Shown: positions 10,237 to 19,638 of the stretch, in pieces
Numbering within the stretch: position 1 is the first letter of the stretch
How the letters are laid out: the number at the start of each line of letters is the position of its first letter
Origin: Candidatus Uhrbacteria bacterium
GTDB taxonomy: Bacteria > Patescibacteriota > Patescibacteriia > UBA9934 > GWF2-40-263
Reading direction: 5' to 3'
NCBI GenBank assembly: GCA_014239775.1
Contig: JAAZYG010000022.1
Span: forward strand, 2,218-66,217
DNA: 64,000 nt
The notes under the pieces: generated by a model
Database searches by the model: none
Seen by the model: the letters and a program-made list of their open reading frames with translations, nothing else
What the model was told of the DNA's origin: nothing
Made by a program: the position numbers and the translations under genes

Positions 10237-12627
10237 ATGAGTTTTAACCATCAAGAAATTGAAAAAAAATGGCAGAAGAAATGGGATGATACTCGTTCTG
10301 GAATTGTTAGTGAGAGTACAAATAAAAAAGACTCTCTCTATTATCTTATAATGTTCCCATATCCATCAGGGTCTGGTTTACATGTAGGTCATGTGGAGTC
10401 ATATGCTGCAATAGATATACTTGCAAGATATCAAAGGATGAAGGGAAAAAATGTAATGGTTCCAATTGGATATGATTCATTTGGACTTCCAGCAGAAAAT
10501 TATGCAATAAAGACAGGTGTTCATCCATCAAAAACCACAAAGACAGCAATTAACACATTTAGGCAGCAGATGAAGTCTGTTGGTTTAGCTTTTGATTGGG
10601 ATAGAGAAATTTCTACATCTGATCCTGAGTATTACAAATGGACACAGTGGTTATTTTTGTTATTTTATAAAAATGGTCTAGCATACAGAAAAAAATCAGC
10701 AGTTAATTGGTGTAATTCTTGTAGTACGGTTCTTGCTAATGAGCAGGTTGTTGCTGGTTGTTGTGAACGTTGTAAATCAGAGGTTGTTCAAAAAGATTTG
10801 GAGCAATGGTTTTTCAAAACAACAAAATATACAGAAGACTTGCTGTCTGGACTAGATGATTTGGATTGGCCATCAAAGATAAAAGCAATGCAAAAAAATT
10901 GGATAGGAAAGAGTGAGGGAACAAATATAAAATTTAAAATAAAAAATTCAAAATCACAAGTAGAGGTTTTTACAACAAGACCAGATACAATTTTTGGTGC
11001 AACTTATATTGTACTTGCTCCAGAGAATCCATTAGTAGATGAGATTGTATTAAAGGAACACAAGGAAGAAATAAGTAAATACACAAAAAATGCACAAAAA
11101 AAATCTGCACTTGAAAGAACAGAATTGCAAAAAATAAAAACAGGAGTGTTTACAGGTTCGTATGTTATAAATCCTGTAAACAATGAGGAGATTCCTGTAT
11201 GGGTAGCAGATTATGTAATGATGGGATATGGGACAGGTGCAATTATGGCTGTACCCGCTCATGATGAGAGAGATTTTGAATTTGCAGAAAAATACTCATT
11301 AGAAATAAGAAAGGTTGTTAAGTCCGATGATGACACAAAAGAAAGGTGTTTTTCAAAAGATGGTATTAGTTTAAATTCTGATTTTTTAAATGGATTAAAA
11401 ACCAGTGATGCAAAGAAAAAAATCATTAAATGGCTTTCAGAAAAAGAGGCTGGTGATTCAATGACAACTTATAGAATTCGTGATTGGTTAGTTTCTCGTC
11501 AAAGATATTGGGGCGCACCAATACCAATTATTTGGTGCGATAAATGTGGCGATGTTCCAGTAGAGGAAGAAAATTTACCTGTTCTATTACCAGAGGATGT
11601 AGATTTTAAACCAACGGGAGAATCGCCTTTGGTTGGATCAAAAACCTTTCATGATGTTAAGTGCCCAAAATGTGGTAATGATGCAAGACGCGAATCAGAT
11701 ACAATAGATACGTTCGTTGATTCATCTTGGTACCACCTTAGGTATTGTGATCCAAAAAATAAAAAAGTTTTTGCAGACAAGTCAAAGATAGACTACTGGT
11801 GTCCAGTTGATTTGTATATTGGTGGTGCAGAGCATGCTGTTATGCATTTATTGTATGCACGTTTTTTCGCACATGCTCTAAATGATCTTGGGTATATTAA
11901 ATTCAAGGAACCATTTACCAAGTTGCGTAATCAGGGATTGATTTTGGGTCCAGACGGAGAAAAGATGAGTAAGTCTAGCGGTAATGTTGTTAATCCAGAT
12001 ACTATAGTTTTAGAATATGGAGCTGATGCAATACGAATTTATGAAATGTTTATGGGGCCACTAGAAGATGAGAAACCATGGGATATAAAAGGTGTGGTTG
12101 GTATAAGGAGATTTTTAGATAGAGCCTGGAAGGTAAGATCTAAAATAAACAAAACTGAATCTGATGAGCTAGATAAATTGATGCACAAAACAATTAAGAA
12201 GGTTGGTGATGATTTTGAGGTTTTAAAATTCAATACAGCAATATCACAATTAATGATCATGACAAATGCAATGATGGAAGCAGAGTCTGTCACAAAAAAA
12301 ACATACCAAAGTTTTATTAAGCTGCTTGCACCACTTGCACCTCATTTGGCAGAAGAGGTGTGGGAAGAGTTGGGTAACACAAAAAGTGTGTTTAGTGATG
12401 GATGGCCAACGTACGATAAAGATAAATTAGTAGATGAAACAATTACATTGGCGATACAAATAAATGGAAAGATGCGTGCTACTATCATAATTAGTCCAAA
12501 TGCAAGTAAGGATGAAGCAAGATTAATCGCGTTGGATGATGAAAAAATAAATAGTTATATCAAGGGAAAAGATTTAAAAGAGATTATTTACGTACCAGGT
12601 AGAATAATGAATATAGTTGTAAAATAA
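10237..12627 (+). CDS. leuS: leucyl-tRNA synthetase
   Basis: HVGH (HIGH) and KMSKS motifs, an editing domain, and zinc-knuckle CNSC...CERC. ATG at 10237 is preferred over the upstream TTG. Confidence 0.9.
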   Translation: MSFNHQEIEKKWQKKWDDTRSGIVSESTNKKDSLYYLIMFPYPSGSGLHVGHVESYAAIDILARYQRMKGKNVMVPIGYDSFGLPAENYAIKTGVHPSKTTKTAINTFRQQMKSVGLAFDWDREISTSDPEYYKWTQWLFLLFYKNGLAYRKKSAVNWCNSCSTVLANEQVVAGCCERCKSEVVQKDLEQWFFKTTKYTEDLLSGLDDLDWPSKIKAMQKNWIGKSEGTNIKFKIKNSKSQVEVFTTRPDTIFGATYIVLAPENPLVDEIVLKEHKEEISKYTKNAQKKSALERTELQKIKTGVFTGSYVINPVNNEEIPVWVADYVMMGYGTGAIMAVPAHDERDFEFAEKYSLEIRKVVKSDDDTKERCFSKDGISLNSDFLNGLKTSDAKKKIIKWLSEKEAGDSMTTYRIRDWLVSRQRYWGAPIPIIWCDKCGDVPVEEENLPVLLPEDVDFKPTGESPLVGSKTFHDVKCPKCGNDARRESDTIDTFVDSSWYHLRYCDPKNKKVFADKSKIDYWCPVDLYIGGAEHAVMHLLYARFFAHALNDLGYIKFKEPFTKLRNQGLILGPDGEKMSKSSGNVVNPDTIVLEYGADAIRIYEMFMGPLEDEKPWDIKGVVGIRRFLDRAWKVRSKINKTESDELDKLMHKTIKKVGDDFEVLKFNTAISQLMIMTNAMMEAESVTKKTYQSFIKLLAPLAPHLAEEVWEELGNTKSVFSDGWPTYDKDKLVDETITLAIQINGKMRATIIISPNASKDEARLIALDDEKINSYIKGKDLKEIIYVPGRIMNIVVK

Positions 12628-12629
12628 AT

Positions 12630-13193
12630 ATGTTACCAGACAATGCAAAGAGTGTTTTTAAGGGAGAAATTTTTGAGATATTTCAATGGGAGCAAAAAAT
12701 GTACGATGATTCAATTGAGATTTTTGAAAAGATATCTAGACCGGATACTGTTGAGATAATTGCAATAACATCTGATGGCAAGATGATTATTCAAAATCAA
12801 GAACAACCAGATTCAACAAAGAGATTTTTGTCTGTGGTTGGTGGACGTGTTGATAAGGGTGAGAAACCATTTGATGCAGCAAAAAGAGAAATGCTAGAGG
12901 AGACTGGGTATTCTTCAGATGTCTGGATGGATTATTCTAAGGAAACACCATCTAAAAAAATGATATGGGATATATACGTGTATATTGCTAAGAACTGTAT
13001 CAAAACACATGATCAGAAATTGGATCCTGGAGAAAAAATTGATTTAATTTTTGTTGATATGGATGAGTTTCTAAGATTAGTTGATACAGGAGAGCTTAAA
13101 GGACTTAGTCCAGAATTGAAGCTTAAGTGTGTACGTGCAATATATGATCCTGGGTTAAGAGAACAACTTAAAAATGATTTTTTTGGAGGCTAA
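12630..13193 (+). CDS. NUDIX hydrolase
   Basis: Nudix box GGRVDKGEKPFDAAKREMLEETGY. Confidence 0.7.
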   Translation: MLPDNAKSVFKGEIFEIFQWEQKMYDDSIEIFEKISRPDTVEIIAITSDGKMIIQNQEQPDSTKRFLSVVGGRVDKGEKPFDAAKREMLEETGYSSDVWMDYSKETPSKKMIWDIYVYIAKNCIKTHDQKLDPGEKIDLIFVDMDEFLRLVDTGELKGLSPELKLKCVRAIYDPGLREQLKNDFFGG

Positions 13194-13252
13194 ACACCTC
13201 TTTTTATTTTAACTAGTCATAAATTAAACCTTTTGATAAGGTGCAACAGAAT

Positions 13253-14578
13253 ATGAATATTGTAATGATAGGAACAGGATATGTGGGTCTTACAACTGGT
13301 ATTGGATTTGCTAGTATTGGTCACAGAGTTGCATGCGTAGATAAAGATATAAAAAAGATATCAATGCTTGATGTAGGTAAGGTTCCTTTTTATGAACCAG
13401 AACTTTCTTTAAAAATGAAAGAGTTGCAAGAGTCAGGGAACATAATGTTTACATCAGATTTATCAAACGTAATAGCAAATGCTGACGTATTGGTTGTTGC
13501 TGTACAGACTCCACCAGCCGTTAATGGCCAGGCCGATCTGTCATATATAATGAAAGCAGCCGATGAGATTGGAAGGAGTCTTGATCATGAGGCTTTGATA
13601 GTTATAAAAAGTACAGTACCAGTTGGCACAACTGAAAAATTTATCGAGCGTGTAAAAACAAGTTTAAGGAACTGTGGGAGAGATGAGTTGGCTGATGTAA
13701 TTCAGATTGCATTTGTTCCAGAGTTTTTAAGGGAAGGTACAGCATTAAGTGATTTTCTTCGTCCCGATAGAATTGTGCTAGGTGCAAAAGACGAAGTGGC
13801 GTTTATTATACTTTCTAAGATGCATGAAAATATAAATACAAAAATAATCAAAACAACGATTGAGTCAGCAGAAATTATTAAGTATGCAGCCAATGCATTT
13901 TTAGCAACAAAAATTTCATTTATTAATGAGATCGCAAATATAGCAGAAATTACAGGTGGAAATATTATTGATATTGTTGCAGGTGTGGGCACTGATTCAC
14001 GCATAGGTCCAAAATTTTTAAATGCAGGTATTGGTTATGGAGGGTCTTGTTTTCCTAAAGATGTATCAGCTCTAAAACAAATAGCAGGTACTAATGGATA
14101 TGATTTTAAATTATTAAGTGCTGTAATAGAAACAAATAATCGACAACGAGATTTATTTTTTAAAAAAATACTATTAACATTAAGGGTGTTAAAAGGTAGG
14201 AGAATTGGTGTTTGGGGATTATCGTTTAAACCTAACACTGATGACATTCGTGAATCTGCTGCAATAGATTTGGTACAAAGATTGGTTGCATATGGTGCAG
14301 ATGTAAGTGTTTACGACCCAAAGGCCATGGAAAATTCAAAAAAGATTTTACCAGATTCGGTTGTGTTTTGTTCTACGCCAATTGATGCAGCGGAAGGTGT
14401 AGAGGCATTACTTGTTTTAACAGAGTGGCCAGAGTTTAAAAAAGTATCATTTGCAACCATGATAACAAGAATGGTTCGTCCACTAATTTTTGATGGTCGT
14501 AATTGCTTGATTGATATGAAATTAGAGAGTTCGGGATTTGAGTATCAGGGTGTTGGTTTATGTGGCTTAAAAAAATAA
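13253..14578 (+). CDS. UDP-glucose/GDP-mannose 6-dehydrogenase family protein
   Basis: N-terminal Rossmann motif MIGTGYVGL, catalytic GYGGSCFPKD and C-terminal UDP-binding domain. ATG at 13253 has AAGGTG upstream. Confidence 0.85.
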   Translation: MNIVMIGTGYVGLTTGIGFASIGHRVACVDKDIKKISMLDVGKVPFYEPELSLKMKELQESGNIMFTSDLSNVIANADVLVVAVQTPPAVNGQADLSYIMKAADEIGRSLDHEALIVIKSTVPVGTTEKFIERVKTSLRNCGRDELADVIQIAFVPEFLREGTALSDFLRPDRIVLGAKDEVAFIILSKMHENINTKIIKTTIESAEIIKYAANAFLATKISFINEIANIAEITGGNIIDIVAGVGTDSRIGPKFLNAGIGYGGSCFPKDVSALKQIAGTNGYDFKLLSAVIETNNRQRDLFFKKILLTLRVLKGRRIGVWGLSFKPNTDDIRESAAIDLVQRLVAYGADVSVYDPKAMENSKKILPDSVVFCSTPIDAAEGVEALLVLTEWPEFKKVSFATMITRMVRPLIFDGRNCLIDMKLESSGFEYQGVGLCGLKK

Positions 14579-16047
14579 TAAATTCTCCTTCAAAAAGTTT
14601 CGCCACAATTATGGCGATCTTTTGTTTTGGGATATTGTTTGGCCCTTTATTTTTATTTATAGAGATAAATTTTTTTATATCTATATTTAGTTTACTAATA
14701 AGTTTACTTGTTCTAAATAAAAATAGAATATATGGATTTTTATTAATTATTATTTTTATTTTTTTGTTTGGAGTATTTAGATATACTCAAAGTGAAGTTC
14801 CAAATCATATTACAAATGTATCTGAAAAAATAGGCAGGCCAGTAAGTATAGAAGGTGTTGTAAGCACCAATGTTGAAGACACAATAAACAACAAGAGAAT
14901 AATTATTGATGATGTAAGTATTGTGGGCAAAAAAACATTTGGAAAAATATTAGTTACAGCACCTCTGTATGTTGGTGCAGAATATAAAGACAAGATTAGT
15001 TTTACTTGTAGGCTAAAAATGCCAGAACCATTTAATGGATTTAGATATGACAAATATTTAGAGTCAAAAGGTATTTTAGCATTATGCCATTTTCCAAAAT
15101 ATATAGATTTGGTGGAGTATGGTGAATTTAATATTATAAAAGTAATATATTCAATCAAGCAAAATTTAACGACTCGTCTTAGTGGGCTTGTTCCAGCACC
15201 TCATTCAAACTTTCTTTCAGGATTATTATTTGGAGGTCAGTCGTCAATATCAAAAACCATACAAGATGATTTTTCAAAAACAGGTACATCTCATATATTA
15301 GCAGCATCAGGGTTTAATGTAGCAATTCTTTCAGTATTTTTATTATCTTGGATTTTGAAAACACGCATAGGAAGAAAAAAAGGTTTGTTATTAATTTTAT
15401 CAATGTTAATTCTGTATATGATCATTGCTGGGGCAACACCTTCAGTTGTAAGAGCTACACTTATGGGTTGCATGTTGGTATTACAAAAAATAGTAAACAG
15501 AAAGCCATATACAATAAATATCTTATTACTTGCGTTGTCTATAATGTTACTTATAAATCCAAGAATATTACTTGATGATGTAGGATTTCAATTATCGTTT
15601 GCAGCAACCATTGGGATAATGCTAATGACTAAAAATTGGATAGAAAGATTTAAGTTTTTACCAGAAAATTTTGGTATAAGAGATTCATTTGCAGCATCAA
15701 TGTCAGCCATAATATTTACTACACCTATATTGCTTTGGCATTTCGGAGCACTGTCAGTAGTATCTCCAATGGTCAATCTTATAATTTTACCAGCATTACC
15801 TTTTGTTATGAGCATTATAATTATAGGACTACTATTAAGTTTTGTTTCTTCTATTGTGGCAAAAATCGTTTTGCTTATAGCATGGGTATTTTCATATTCA
15901 ATATTGAGAATAATAAGTGTATATGCATCATTTGATTTTTCACAAATTGAATTTTCACATCAAAAAATAATATCTGTAATACTTGTCGTGATTATGGGTA
16001 TGTTCTGTTGGTATAAAAAAAAATATGCAAAAAAGAAGAGCACATAA
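14560..16047 (+). CDS. comEC: ComEC/Rec2 competence channel protein, N-terminal part (DUF4131 plus competence domain)
   Basis: Polytopic membrane protein. Competence-domain motif GLLFGGQSSISKTIQDDFSKTGTSHILAASGFNVAIL. Confidence 0.75.
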   Translation: MWLKKIINSPSKSFATIMAIFCFGILFGPLFLFIEINFFISIFSLLISLLVLNKNRIYGFLLIIIFIFLFGVFRYTQSEVPNHITNVSEKIGRPVSIEGVVSTNVEDTINNKRIIIDDVSIVGKKTFGKILVTAPLYVGAEYKDKISFTCRLKMPEPFNGFRYDKYLESKGILALCHFPKYIDLVEYGEFNIIKVIYSIKQNLTTRLSGLVPAPHSNFLSGLLFGGQSSISKTIQDDFSKTGTSHILAASGFNVAILSVFLLSWILKTRIGRKKGLLLILSMLILYMIIAGATPSVVRATLMGCMLVLQKIVNRKPYTINILLLALSIMLLINPRILLDDVGFQLSFAATIGIMLMTKNWIERFKFLPENFGIRDSFAASMSAIIFTTPILLWHFGALSVVSPMVNLIILPALPFVMSIIIIGLLLSFVSSIVAKIVLLIAWVFSYSILRIISVYASFDFSQIEFSHQKIISVILVVIMGMFCWYKKKYAKKKST

Positions 16048-16936
16048 ACGCTATTTACCTATAAATAATAAAAAAAAATACATAACACATGTATGTATAT
16101 TATTTTTATTTTCTGTATTTATTTTATTTAGTGCGATAGGTCGTGTGCGACTTGATTCAAACAATAAGTTGTCTGTATGGTTTTTTGATATTGGACAAGG
16201 TGACGCATCGTTTATCGAGACACCAGACAATAGGCAGATATTAATTGATGGTGGCCCAGATGGAACCATTCTGGATAAATTATCGTCTGTAATGTGGCCA
16301 TGGGACAATACAATTGATGTGGTAATAATTACGCACATGGACGCAGATCATGTAAATGGTTTAGTGTCAGTATTTGATAAGTATAAAATAGACACAGTTA
16401 TATATAGTGGTGCACTAACAAGTGGTGTTATGGGTCAATTTATTGAACAAAAAATAATTAATGAAAAATCTAGAGTCATAAATGCCAAATTTGGCTATGT
16501 TTATAATGTGAGTGATGTAGGAATACATATATTATGGCCACAAAAAAATATATCAGGTAAATTTATTAAAGATAAAAATAATAGTTCTATAGTTTTTGGC
16601 TTACAATATCAAAACACTGAGGTGCTATTTACTGGTGACATTGAGAAGGAGACAGAAAAATATATTCTGCCGTATATAAAGGATGTTGATGTGCTAAAGG
16701 TTGCACATCATGGTAGTAAGACGTCTTCTATAAATGATTTTTTAAAAAGAGCCAAGCCTGAATATTCTATAATATCTGTTGGTGAAAATAATAGGTATAA
16801 TCATCCAAATTATGGTGTGCTAGACAGATTGAAGGACATAGGATCATATATTTATAGAACAGATACTGATTCAGATATAATGATGATTATTGATTCATAT
16901 GGTTATAAAATTAAATCTAATCCCTTGCCTTTCTAA
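16025..16936 (+). CDS. ComEC-associated metallo-beta-lactamase domain protein (ComEC C-terminal domain encoded separately, frame +1)
   Basis: MBL motifs WFFDIGQGDA and ITHMDADHVNGL, with an N-terminal TM anchor. It overlaps the previous ORF by 23 nt across an A9 homopolymer. Confidence 0.75.
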   Translation: MQKRRAHKRYLPINNKKKYITHVCILFLFSVFILFSAIGRVRLDSNNKLSVWFFDIGQGDASFIETPDNRQILIDGGPDGTILDKLSSVMWPWDNTIDVVIITHMDADHVNGLVSVFDKYKIDTVIYSGALTSGVMGQFIEQKIINEKSRVINAKFGYVYNVSDVGIHILWPQKNISGKFIKDKNNSSIVFGLQYQNTEVLFTGDIEKETEKYILPYIKDVDVLKVAHHGSKTSSINDFLKRAKPEYSIISVGENNRYNHPNYGVLDRLKDIGSYIYRTDTDSDIMMIIDSYGYKIKSNPLPF

Positions 16937-16987
16937 GTATAAAATGATAATCTTACGCAAATTTATTTAACATAAGCCTAAAGCAAT

Positions 16988-17455
16988 ATGGCAGATTCAC
17001 AAAAAACATTAGTACTACTTAAGCCAGACGCATTACAAAGAGATTTACTTGGTCAAATCGTTACTCGATTTGAACGAAAGGGCATGAAAATAGTCGCTAT
17101 GAAGTTTATAAGATTATCAGAAGAAATGTTGTCAGAGCACTACTCACATTTAGCAGATAAACCATTTTTTGATAGCCTAAAAAAATTCATGATGCAAACA
17201 CCTGTAGTTGGAATGGTGCTTGAAGGGTATGATGCTGTTAATGAGATTAGAAAAATTGTCGGATCAACAAACCCCCGCGAAGCAGATGCTGGAACAATTA
17301 GAGCAGATTTTTCAATGAACGTTCCGTCAAATCTGGTACACGCTTCAGACTCACCAGAAGCTGCACAGTCTGAGATTGAGAGATTTTTTACAGATGCTGA
17401 AGTGTTTAATTACGAAAAAATTACCGATAAATATATTTTTGGAGAGGGAGTGTAA
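16988..17455 (+). CDS. ndk: nucleoside diphosphate kinase
   Basis: LVLLKPDALQR and the NxxHASD active-site His motif. Confidence 0.9.
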   Translation: MADSQKTLVLLKPDALQRDLLGQIVTRFERKGMKIVAMKFIRLSEEMLSEHYSHLADKPFFDSLKKFMMQTPVVGMVLEGYDAVNEIRKIVGSTNPREADAGTIRADFSMNVPSNLVHASDSPEAAQSEIERFFTDAEVFNYEKITDKYIFGEGV

Positions 17456-17465
17456 TACGAGTGGT

Positions 17466-17500
17466 AGCAGCGGTGCTTTGACGCCGCTGTTTTTATTTGG
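17466..17500 (+). terminator. rho-independent terminator after ndk
   Basis: CAGCGG(tgctttgacg)CCGCTG followed by TTTTTATTT. Confidence 0.5.
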
Positions 17501-17563
17501 TAGCATTCTTTTTGTGTTTACTAAATTAAGGTATACACAAATCCTGTGAGGAGGGAGATATAA

Positions 17564-17797
17564 ATGGAAGAAGTAAAGACTGGAATTATTGAGTCTGTAA
17601 AGCCACAAGGAGGTCTTGGGGTTCGGAAAAAGTATATTACCAGCTTGGAAGAGCTGGGGGTTATTGATAGAGCAATGTCTGATGTGTTTTTAATCTCAGG
17701 CACACCTGTCTCAGACATACATACATACGCAAGCATAGTTGCTCGTGGACTTGATTTGCAATTGCAGTTACCATCACCTCCACACCTAAAGGTCTAA
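17564..17797 (+). CDS. hypothetical small protein (77 aa) with strong RBS
   Basis: GAGGAGGG lies 9 nt upstream of the ATG. No recognisable motif. A hairpin plus T-run (AGGTCTAacTAGACCTTTTTT) follows its stop. Confidence 0.4.
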   Translation: MEEVKTGIIESVKPQGGLGVRKKYITSLEELGVIDRAMSDVFLISGTPVSDIHTYASIVARGLDLQLQLPSPPHLKV

Positions 17798-17884
17798 CTA
17801 GACCTTTTTTATTTTATTAAATATCTTGACTAAAACGTATATTTTATGTAGGTTGTTATGTGCTCTAGCTTAAGAGGGAGGCTC

Positions 17885-19009
17885 ATGAAAGAATGGATTG
17901 AATTACAGAAATGGCAGCAAGATTGGTTGCCAAGCACAAACAAACCAGCAGACTTTAAGGATTCTATAGAAAAGAGACTTCTATTACTAGAAAGATCTCC
18001 ATTTGTGGATCGATGGTCTTTTACTCAGGCAATTCAGGCGGTCCGTACTGCTCGTTACTTGCTCATTCAAAATTTTGCATACGGATTTACCAACGAGCTC
18101 CTGCTCGATTCAAGTATTGCATCCACTCCACATCTAAGCAGGTTGCTTACATTGGCACAGAGAGGAAGTGGTGTATTTGATGTACAGCGCCGTTTCGAAG
18201 CTTTGTCATTATTTGATCAGGCTCTTAGTGTGGCAAAGATTGAACGAGAAGATCCTCTTGAATCAATTGGTCATAATCTAGATCAATTCATTGATTTGTT
18301 GTCCGGTTCAATTTTTAGGAACGGGTATAGTAAAGTAAAAATTTATTCATACCATGATCCTGAAAATGAATATGAAGTACCAGCAGGTAATGTTGGTGTT
18401 GGAAAACAATTGCGACGTAGGGGAATGTCTCAAAAACTTCACAGGCTTACGTGTAGGCAGCAAAAAAACAAAGAAATTGTTTTTATGCATCACAGAATCA
18501 AAGATCCATTTAAGACATGGCTTAAGATGCAGAAACAAGTGATGGGAACATTTAGGTCTGAACCATATCAAATTCATGACAGATGTGGTTTGATGTTTAT
18601 TGTTCCAAGACGTAAAAGTGTGAAGATTATTGCAGATAAAATTATTAATCTTGCAATAAGAAATGGTGCTATTATTTGCGAAACATTTCAATCCAATTAC
18701 GGAAAGAGTGAGTTCGTAGATCCACCAAACAATGCATCGTCATCCAGATATAAGGTGGCAAAAGTATGCATTCATTGGAACGGTCATTTTATTGAGTTAC
18801 AATTCATGACCTTCTATGATTATTTTTCAAGCACCAGATCACTTTCTGATGTTAATCATGAACTTTATAAACTCAAACAGTCTTATCAATGTTTTTTCCC
18901 ATTGATTTGGCCAAAAGAAGTTTATGGAATCGACTGGAACAATGGCAGTATAATAAGTCAGATGACCAGATGGAAAAAAGCGCAGATTGGATGGTGTGTC
19001 AAAGACTAA
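17885..19009 (+). CDS. divergent RelA/SpoT-homolog (RSH)-like protein: degenerate HD-like N-terminus plus synthetase-like nucleotidyltransferase motifs
   Basis: HHRIKDPFKTWLKMQK aligns to GRVKRLYSLYKKMTK of the Rel at 62171-63670. HDRCGLMFIV aligns to DLIAIRIIV. YKVAKVCIHWNGHFIELQFMTF...HELYKLKQ aligns to YQSLHTTVFTDNGEIVEFQIRT...AHWRYKQ. N-terminal SPFVDRWSFTQAIQAVRTARYLL resembles the HD motif region HPFITHPVAVAYKLA but lacks the histidines. Strong RBS GAGGGAGG precedes the ATG at 17885 (the ORF track starts at the upstream ATG 17858). Confidence 0.5.
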   Translation: MKEWIELQKWQQDWLPSTNKPADFKDSIEKRLLLLERSPFVDRWSFTQAIQAVRTARYLLIQNFAYGFTNELLLDSSIASTPHLSRLLTLAQRGSGVFDVQRRFEALSLFDQALSVAKIEREDPLESIGHNLDQFIDLLSGSIFRNGYSKVKIYSYHDPENEYEVPAGNVGVGKQLRRRGMSQKLHRLTCRQQKNKEIVFMHHRIKDPFKTWLKMQKQVMGTFRSEPYQIHDRCGLMFIVPRRKSVKIIADKIINLAIRNGAIICETFQSNYGKSEFVDPPNNASSSRYKVAKVCIHWNGHFIELQFMTFYDYFSSTRSLSDVNHELYKLKQSYQCFFPLIWPKEVYGIDWNNGSIISQMTRWKKAQIGWCVKD

Positions 19010-19012
19010 TAA

Positions 19013-19064
19013 ATACTTATTTTTTAAGTATCTCAAACAGTTTATTTAATTGAACTGTTTTTTT
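19013..19064 (+). terminator. two tandem hairpins after the RSH-like gene
   Basis: ATACTTattttttAAGTAT, then AAACAGTT(tatttaattg)AACTGTTTTTTT. Confidence 0.5.
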
Positions 19065-19072
19065 ATAGGATC

Positions 19073-19201
19073 ATGTGGAAAAAACTGTGGATTATTCTGT
19101 GTATCACAAGTGGACTATTCACCCTTTTAAAACTTGCAAGAATTTGTGAATATGGTAATTTTAATTATGCCTTACGGATAGGTGGGTACACTAAAAGATA
19201 A
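19073..19201 (+). CDS. small hydrophobic peptide candidate (42 aa)
   Basis: Encodes MWKKLWIILCITSGLFTLLKLARICEYGNFNYALRIGGYTKR, with one predicted TM helix. AGGA lies only 2 nt from the ATG. Not in the ORF track because it is under 60 aa. Confidence 0.2.
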   Translation: MWKKLWIILCITSGLFTLLKLARICEYGNFNYALRIGGYTKR

Positions 19202-19638
19202 ATCAATAATTAGGTCTGTGAATGCCAAGCTTAGGCAGGGCAAAAGGACACTATAAGGTTTAAACTGTTTAAATGTGGACGACATGGTGGTCAGACAAGC
19301 TGCTATCATCGCCGCAGAACAGTAGATGATAATTCGAGGATGTGCAATTTATCGACTACATCAAAACCTATAAAAAATATAACTTTAATAATTACCCATC
19401 TCACCGTTAGGCGCGAATAAGTTACACTGGGATACAGTGTGGCCCAGAGGATCACGATTGCTTTTGCATGAATAATCCAACCGGCCACAGTGCATCTCAG
19501 TTTTATTTTACACAAATTTTATAATCGAAGTGTTGGGTGGTTATTTAAATCTATTTCAGTAAGTATTTTCAAAAGTGGATCTGCATAAGCAAAAATAATT
19601 ATTGATGATAAATAGTTTGTTTGTTATAGTTTTTTTGT

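Noticed and set aside
19306-19515. 69-aa minus-strand ORF inside the GC-rich non-coding stretch
   Set aside because: TTG start without RBS and no similarity or domain. More likely a chance ORF in a structured non-coding or decayed region. Kept only as part of the finding on that region.
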